Program-made: the position numbers and the translations under genes
Source of the DNA: Zygophlyctis sp. KS116
Taxonomy: Eukaryota; Fungi; Chytridiomycota
Length of the DNA stretch: 9,544 bases
Reading direction: 5' to 3'
NCBI GenBank assembly: GCA_054661495.1
Contig: BAAFSQ010000347.1
Location: forward strand, 1-9,544
The notes under the pieces: generated by a model
The model's database searches: none
The model's input: only the letters and a program-made list of their open reading frames with translations
Told to the model about the DNA's origin: nothing
Shown here: positions 1 to 6,726 of the stretch, piece after piece
How the letters are laid out: each line of letters opens with the position of its first letter
Position numbering within the stretch: position 1 is the stretch's first letter

Positions 1-465
1 CAGCAAATCTAATGGCTTGGTTATCTCCAGCCGATGGATCCACCCTCGAGTCTTTTAGAAGCATTTTAACAATTTCGATATGGCCTTTTCCAGCAGCAAA
101 TCTAATGGCTTCGTTATCTCCAGCCGATGTATCCACCCTTGAGTCTTTCAGAAGCATTTCAACAATTTCAGTATGGCCATTTCCAGCAGCAAATCTAATG
201 GCTTGGTTATCTCCAGCCGATGGATCCACCCTCGAGTCTTTTAGAAGCATTTTAACAATTTCGATATGGCCTTTTCCAGCAGCAAATCTAATGGCTTCGT
301 TATCTCCAGCCGATGGATCCACCCTTGAGTCTTTCAGAAGCATTTTAACAATTTCAGTATGGCCATTTCTAGCAGAAAACCGAATGGCTTCATTGAATCT
401 TGCTGATGGATCGACTCTCGAATCTTTTAAAAGCATTTTTACGATATCAGTGCAACCATGACTGG
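1..465. repeat. 93-bp coding tandem repeat (ankyrin units) with a 186-bp A-B higher-order period
   Basis: The string cagcaaatctaatggc starts at 1, 94, 187 and 280. Unit 1-93 is identical to 187-279. Unit 94-186 differs from 280-372 at 3 positions. A more diverged unit follows at 373-465. Confidence 0.95.
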
Positions 466-858
466 CTGAATATCTAATAGCTGCATTATCCTGTATAGTT
501 GGATCAACTTTAGAATTATTTAATAAAATCTCGACGCTATCATAATATTTTCCTGCTAATGCTCTGAGTAATACTTGATCAAGTCCATTAGATTCAATCA
601 CCCCATTTAAGGGCAGTTTAACTTTTTTTGAATTGCCAATATTAGCTGCATTCTTAGAGTCTAAATCAATTATTGTCTGATTATTCTCTTGTGATGGCCC
701 GATTGGATCATTTTTTTTTCTATAATCAATAATAAAACCACTTACCCTGTAGAGAAGCAGCATGATGATCCATTTAATAGTAAAAGCTGAGATGTATAAA
801 ATGGATTGTAAAATGCAGATCGCAAGTGGATCTGTCGCTTGACAAGTCTAGATATCAT
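1..858 (-). CDS. Ankyrin-repeat protein (31-aa repeats) with a mitochondrial-presequence-like N-terminus; 3'-partial. Exons 858-746, 719-<1
   Basis: ATG at 858-856. A 26-nt intron at 745-720 (gtaagt...ttgattatag) joins the exons in frame. The translation is MISRLVKRQIHLRSAFYNPFYTSQLLLLNGSSCCFSTGKKNDP..., followed by repeats such as VDPSAGDNEAIRFAAGKGHIEIVKMLLKDSR carrying the ankyrin core A-x-x-G-H-x-E-I-V-K-x-L-L. The frame is open to the window edge. Confidence 0.88.
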
Positions 859-930
859 ATTTTCCTTTGCACTAGTACTAGAGAAGATGAGGTTCCTTTC
901 GTTCCTACGCCTGCAATACAAATCAGTGCA
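859..930. promoter_or_regulatory. Putative 72-bp bidirectional promoter between the ankyrin gene and the MidA-family gene
   Basis: Lies between divergent ATGs at 858 (-) and 931 (+). Contains the perfect palindrome CTAGTACTAG at 872-881. Confidence 0.45.
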
Positions 931-2157
931 ATGAAAAAGGGACTGTTGAATCTATCAATGGCCAGAAATTCATTTTGGGATTCTGCGATTCCCGATTCAA
1001 ACATGAAGAGTCATTATCTCGTCAGAGACTTCATTCATACCTGTTTATATGGAACTGCTGGTTATTTTACATCGCATGCATCTATATTGTCTCCCGACCC
1101 ATATGATTATAAAAGCTTCAAAGATCAGGATGCATTCCTTTCTCAGATTGGAAAAAGTTATTCTGTAGAGAGCGGTCAGATCTGGCACACGCCTTGTGAA
1201 ATATTTAAGCCTTGGTTTGGTAGTTGTATTGCCGAATATTTAGTTAAAAAGAGAAAATCAGACAAACTCATTATTTATGAAATGGGAGCTGGGAATGGGA
1301 CATTGATGTTTGATATTTTAGATTTGATTAGAGCCCGATACCCTTTACTTTATGCTAACTTAGAGTATAATATAATTGAAATTTCTCCTAGATTAGTTGA
1401 AATTCTAAAGGAAAAATCCAAGAATCATCATTCAGACAAGATAAATATTAAACAAATTTCAATTTTTGATTGGGATCAGCTTGAAGAACGGGAATGCTTC
1501 TTTTTAGGAATGGAAGTTATTGATAATTTTGCTCATGATGTCATCAGATATGATTTTAATACTCTTGAACCACTTCAGGCACATGTAATTGAAAGTGTTT
1601 CAAATGAATTAAGTGAAATTTATACTCCAGTCACTGATTCTTTAATTAAAAGATTCTTGGACTTAAGATCTAAAACTGAACATTCTTCTTTAAACAGTTG
1701 GAAACGGAATTTAAGTAGATTTATTCCTTTTGCACCTTCAATGACACAAAAAGAATTTATTCCAACAAAGTCTTTGGAATTCTTAGAAATCATGTTTAAA
1801 TTCTTTCCAAATCATTCACTTTTACTCTCTGATTTTACTAAATTAGACAGATGTGTTCCTGGAAAGTGTGGACCTGTTGTTCAAACAATGGTTGATGGAG
1901 TAATGTTACCGTGTACAACATATTTAGTAATATTTAAAGACTAATTCTAGTTAAAAGGCCCTTTTGATATCTTTTTTCCTACAGATTTTCAATTACTCTC
2001 CAAAATGTATCAAACGTTATCTAAAAAGACTGTGACTGTCTCCTCTTACTCTGAATTTCTACGATCGTGGCCTGATTCAAAGAAAACAATTGTTAGATCA
2101 GGAGAGAATCCAATGCTCAGTTTCTATGACAATTACGCATTTTTAGAAGCATATTAA
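931..2157 (+). CDS. SAM-dependent methyltransferase of the MidA/NDUFAF7 (DUF185) family, fungal YKL162C-like type, ~400 aa. Exons 931-1926, 1951-2157
   Basis: Motifs RDFIHTCLY..GYF, QIWHTPCEIFKPWFG, IYEMGAGNGTL, YNIIEISPRL and EVIDNFAHD. A 24-nt intron at 1927-1950 (gtaata...ctaattctag) restores the C-terminus FDIFFPTDF...SGENPMLSFYDN, ending at TAA 2155-2157. The start could alternatively be ATG 958. Confidence 0.88.
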
Positions 2158-2202
2158 CTAATAATTTGTAATAAAGAGATTTTTAGGACTGAGGTTCAAA
2201 TT

Positions 2203-3859
2203 ATGAATTTCTCTTCTGAAATTCTTAAAATATTTACAAAGCGACATGGTCTACAAGTCAATAAAGAAGGACTAGAATATTTATCAGGGATTTTAAATGA
2301 TTTATCAAGGGAAAATGTTGATATTTTGGATTCTTTGGATTTTATTGCGAAATCGTATTTACAATTCTCTAAAAATAATTCTAACATTGTAAACAAGACA
2401 TCGCTAGAGAAAGTTTATTTAGAAATTAAAAAGGCAGCGCTTCTAGAGCAAGGTGTGTCTTGCGGAGGGAATTATTTGGCGGTGTTGGACGCATTTAGTC
2501 TCCCAAAACTTGTATTTAAAGAAAAAGGATTTGTTGTAGATCATCAGAAATCTCCAAAATTACTTTCAGATGCATCGGAAAAGGCAAACATGTTTAAAGA
2601 TAGGTTTGATCTAATTTATCAAAGAATTCAAAGGAATGAAATGCTAAATTCTTCAATTAATGAATCTTCAATCACTCCTATTAAAAATTTAAATGGTAAA
2701 CCGCCAGGAAGTTATTTACTTTTTGGGATGTTGACTCAAATGAAGGAAGGTTTAGTATTTTTAGAAGATTTAGATTCTTCAATTGAACTAATTCTTGCTA
2801 AAGATACTTTAATGAAGGGTCCAGGAATGTTTACTTGTAATTCTTTTGTTCTGGTTCACGGGGATTATACAGATGATAAAAAGTTTTTTGTACAGGTTAT
2901 TGGAATGCCACCGCCAGAGCCAAGGAAGAAATCAAAACAGGCGTATGGGAATGATGTGGATTTCTTTGGTTCTCCAGATTCAATTTCTGATGAAGGGAGA
3001 TTATTAGAAATTGAAGCGAAATTATCAGATTCATTTTTTGTAATTCTATCAGATGTATGGTTAGATTCAGCAAGAGTTTTAAGCAAGTTGGAAGAACTTT
3101 TTAAAGGATTTAGTTTAGAGGATTCTGTTTTGCCTTTGGCATTTATATTTAATGGGAATTTTATTTCAAAGCCTTATACATTTGATTCTGAAGATTATCA
3201 AAAGTATAAAGATGGATTTCAGCAATTAGCAGATCTATTGGGTTCTTATCCTAAAATTTCAAGTTACTCGCATTTTATATTCGTTCCTGGACCTTTTGAT
3301 CCTTGGTGTGGTAGTATTTTGCCCAGACCAAGAATTCCAAAAGATTTGTCGTCTATATTATCTGATCGATTTGATAATATTCATTTTGCAAGTAATCCTG
3401 CGCGGATAAAGTTTTGTACAAAGGAAATTGTAGTTTTCAGAGAGGATTTGATGAATACTCTCAGAAGAAATTGTATTATTCCTCCCCTAGAGTCTGATGA
3501 ATACCCTTTAGAAAAACAGGTAAAATTCATTGTCTAAAATACAGCTTGTTTCTACGGTTCTTGATCAATCTCATCTTATTCCTGTTCCATTACAGGTCAG
3601 ACCTATATTCTGGTCTTTTGACCATGCACTTCGTCTCTACCCTCAGAGTCACTTGGTAAGTTTTTTTACATTTACAAATCAGTTAATTTTAGCTGATAAG
3701 TGTGAACCTTTTGTTGTTGAATATGAAGAAACTCAAGCAATTAATCCTGGATCTTTTGCCAACTCTGGAAGTTTTATGGTCTATCAACCAGCATTAAACG
3801 ATGTGCAGCCAAGGTAATGTTTATTTCCCAAATTCTAAAAATACAGTGAAATCAATTAA
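2203..3859 (+). CDS. DPB2: DNA polymerase epsilon subunit B, ~523 aa. Exons 2203-3519, 3545-3655, 3683-3813, 3847-3859
   Basis: Motifs LFGMLTQMKEG..FLED, LSDVWLD, FVPGPFDP, LPRPRIP, SNPARI, EIVVFRED, QSHLIP, DHALRLYP and NPGSF. GT-AG introns at 3520-3544 (25 nt), 3656-3682 (27 nt) and 3814-3846 (33 nt) join the two ORF-track pieces. The protein ends VQPSEIN*. Confidence 0.95.
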
Positions 3860-4084
3860 CCTCTTTTCATCTAGTATATTAGATATTTAGACTTACAGAA
3901 TTTCTGATGCAATCTTTGAATGCCTGAAACTCTTTAGCGCATGAGTCCTTTTGAGTCTCTGCAAATGTCTTTGAAATACATTTACCATAAGCTATTCCCT
4001 AGCATTAATTGAACTAGACCATACAGTTGATGCACATTCGGCAGTTGCTTTTCTGAGTCTTGCGATTGGACTCGCCCTATTCAT
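3856..4084 (-). CDS. NDUFAF8: Twin-CX9C protein, NDUFAF8 (C17orf89)-like complex I assembly factor, 58 aa. Exons 4084-4025, 3998-3897, 3870-3856
   Basis: Two 26-nt phase-0 introns (4024-3999 gtatgg...ttaatgctag; 3896-3871 gtaagt...ctaatatactag) give MNRASPIARLRKATAECASTGIAYGKCISKTFAETQKDSCAKEFQAFKDCIRNSMKRG. It has two exact CX9C motifs. AYGKC and KDSCAKEF match the AYGRC and KDFCAREF pattern I recall for NDUFAF8. Confidence 0.88.
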
Positions 4085-4094
4085 TACAAACCTT

Positions 4095-4633
4095 ATGGAC
4101 TTTGAGACTTTTAAGTCGGGCTGCAAGATGTTGTGTTGTAAAGATTGGACATGGTCGGATCAAGAAGAGATGCTCATATTTTGTAAGCGATTGGAAGTGG
4201 ATCAAGTAACAAATGATCCGGATGAATTTCCAGCTGATGATCCCGCACTCTACGCTCCCCCATTTAATAAACGCATCCTAAAGCTGGAAGTCCATATCGT
4301 GTATTCAGTAATTTGGGATGCACCCGAATGTTACTTAAATGTGTTTTGGGAAGATAGCGGTGAAATTTTAGAGATTGATCAGTTTTGTTCGCTGATAAAT
4401 AAACCAGTGCCAAAGCTATTATCTAAAAGGGTATTTTTAATTTAATTAATCTCTAGTTTCATCCAGTATATAATATTCCCTACTACAATCTACACTCTTG
4501 CCATTCTCAAGAGTGGATATTAGAAGGGGGATCATCAAATACCTTTATGAGATGGCTGACTACAGTGAATCAAATGTTGGATTTGGTTCCCATGATTGAT
4601 TTAGATCTAATATTAAAGGCCTATCCAAAATGA
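4095..4633 (+). CDS. ATG10: ATG10-like autophagy E2-like conjugating enzyme, ~170 aa. Exons 4095-4430, 4457-4633
   Basis: Contains an acidic DEFPADDPA loop and EVHIVYSVIWDAPECY (family pattern H-x-x-YS-x-x-Y-x-V-P-x-L-Y). After a 26-nt intron at 4431-4456 it reads HPVYNIPYYNLHSC (family pattern HP-x4-P-x3-LHPC), then a WL helix. Stop TGA at 4631-4633. Confidence 0.8.
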
Positions 4634-6472
4634 TTGGCCATTTGGATTATGAATTATTGATGATCCAAAATTTGGCGATTCAATTACCCATTCATACCAA
4701 ACCTTTTTCTGATTGGTTAATCTCCATAAATAGACGTTCAAGACTGAATCTTTAGAGAGAAGTACCGGATTATGAATAGGAAAATACATGGGAAACCATG
4801 AAAACATCCCTGGAGAGTGAGTTGAAGGAAGAATGGAAATTTTGACGTCTTTGTAGAGGATTGCTTCAAAATAGCCGCCAAGTCCATGCATTAAAGATGT
4901 AGCCTTGATTTTAAATTTCAATTTGCTAAAACGTTCATTATGAAGATTTGAATTCGTGTTTTTCAAACTTGAGACTGGGTGTTCAAAAGTCCAGACGAGA
5001 AGAGGATTAGATAATTCATCAACTTGATCAAATTTCACGACAAATGGAGTTTCATAGTTTTTCACTTGATTGTAGGATTTTATAGTTTCATATAATCTGG
5101 GGGAAGAAATAGGGACTATAAATGAGTCATATCTGGCAGGAATCATGATTCCTGTTTTAGATAAAACTCTTTCGACACCATCTAGACATTCTGGGCTAAG
5201 CTCGTTATCTCCAAAAGATCCAAGAAGTTCACTAACTATAATATCGATTTTCTCCATAGGATTCCATTCTCGCATATCGGCATTTACTACTGTGACTTTA
5301 TCTAGCCATTCAAGGTTTCTTTTAGATAGAGTTATAATAGCATTTGGGTTCTTTTCAACTGCATATATTTGAAGGTTAAGACCTGGTATTTTGCTAGCAG
5401 CGGAAAGTGCTCGATCCACTAATGGACCTCTTCCTGCTCCCACTACCGCTAAAACTCTTTAATTAGAATAAACATAGTCTTACAATTTCTGACCATTCAA
5501 CTCTACTTTCTTGTCACTTAATGCAGAATAAATCGCGTTTTCATATTCTTGATATTTTACTGGATCCATTTCAAAAGCTTCATAAGTAGCAGACTGCAAA
5601 TGATCCATCAATGGCTGCAGCGGCGTTTGCAAATAGTCTTCATATCCAAAAGTAATCTTTGCTGAAAGTCCCAATTCAGGCTGAGATTGTTTTAAAAATT
5701 TTAAATAATCCGCATATTTTGAAAACTCTTCTTGGTTTGTCAAACTATCAAATGAAACAATTGGTTCAATTCCTCTTCTCTCCAATTTCCAAAATAATTC
5801 ACATGCTTCCTGATTCAAGTATGGATTTCCATTCTTATTTTTCCTAAAAACCGACAGAGGAAAAAACAAAAATTTAATCGGTTCAACATTCCATTTTTCT
5901 AAAAGATTCACGTTGGAAGTATCATCTAGGATAAGTCCTAAATTCTTTAGAAATTAATTAAATACCAATCTTTAGATTCTGAGAAAAACTGCTCATCATC
6001 CTGATCTTATTCCATTGATCCCATGATTCAGAAGAAACAGGAGAAATAATTACCATCTATAATCAGCATAATTAAAAAATACAATTGATTTGCCAAGCTT
6101 GGAAGCAGATCTATTTAAAACTCTTGAAAAGTTTATGCATTCTCCAACTGGAAGATAAGTTGCCAAAACAGATACGCCACAATGAAGCATCCAGTCTACT
6201 TGTTTCATAAACAGGATTTCTGAATTTCTTCTGACGATCGGATCCAATGACTCCAAGTCAAGACATGGGCTAATAATTCCTAGTTTGCATCTTGCATCCG
6301 ATGCATCATTCAGAATCAGAGTATCGAGAGTCAGGTCGGGCAATGCATCATTAATGAGTAGCGATGTAATATCATCAGACATTATATGACATGCCTGAAA
6401 GTCAAACCCAAGTTCTCTTGCTACTGAGCACTGCAAAGGATAAGATCCGATTATATCAAACCCAATCTTCAT
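4613..6472 (-). CDS. PRMT5: Type II protein arginine methyltransferase PRMT5 (Skb1/Hsl7), ~592 aa. Exons 6472-6083, 6056-5966, 5937-5484, 5456-4613
   Basis: Motifs DYLQTPLQPLMDHL, TYEAFEMDPVKY, VVGAGRGPLV, VEKNPNA, IIVSELLGSFGDNELSPECLDG and MFSWFP. Introns at 6082-6057 (26 nt), 5965-5938 (28 nt) and 5483-5457 (27 nt) link three ORF-track fragments plus a 91-nt exon (SWDQWNKIR) in frame. Confidence 0.96.
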
Positions 6473-6482
6473 ACAAAAATTT

Positions 6483-6726
6483 ATGGTTAGAGGTAAATTG
6501 CCTACTGTAAGATCACTTTTTTAATCATTAGTATGCAGCATTAGGAGCAGCTGCACTTTATTGTGGGCATAGTAATTTCATGATCTAATCGTTAGAATTG
6601 GCACAATACCAAGACTGTAAATTAAAGGAATCTTTAGAATTGGAAACTGCAAAGATGGCGGACTATAATCCTCAGAATATGTTAAATGAATGGGATGAAT
6701 TAAAGGCTAAAGAGCGTCAAAGTTGA
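6483..6726 (+). CDS. Unidentified 64-aa microprotein with a short N-terminal hydrophobic segment. Exons 6483-6506, 6532-6571, 6596-6726
   Basis: Two introns match the local style: 6507-6531 gtaagatcacttttttaatcattag (25 nt) and 6572-6595 gtaatttcatgatctaatcgttag (24 nt). Splicing gives the open frame MVRGKLPTYAALGAAALYCGHKLAQYQDCKLKESLELETAKMADYNPQNMLNEWDELKAKERQS*, which fills the PRMT5-ITFG1 gap. No family recognised. Confidence 0.72.

Noticed and set aside
1-372. CRISPR-like or mobile-element reading of the repeats
   Set aside because: The units are contiguous, in-frame and coding with no unique spacers. No transposase or terminal repeats are seen in the window.
12-461. 149-aa repetitive + strand ORF
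   Set aside because: It is the antisense shadow of the ankyrin repeats. It stays open because a stop-free 93-bp unit is repeated.
868-876. TGCACTAGT shared by both larger divergent intergenic regions (868 and 8832)
   Set aside because: It also occurs at an ITFG1 exon/intron boundary (7267-7275), so chance cannot be excluded.
826-930. GTG-initiated N-terminal extension of the methyltransferase ORF
   Set aside because: Non-ATG start in a eukaryote that overlaps the divergent ankyrin start. ATG 931 is more plausible.
2196-3086. Minus-strand ORFs 2196-2396 and 2865-3086
   Set aside because: Antisense to DPB2, with no recognisable motifs.
5145-5847. Plus-strand ORFs 5145-5372 and 5659-5847
   Set aside because: Antisense to conserved PRMT5 exons.
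6617-6637. Possible third intron in the microprotein (gtaaattaaaggaatctttag, 21 nt)
   Set aside because: It is shorter than all other introns here and removal would create an immediate TAA. The frame is open without splicing.
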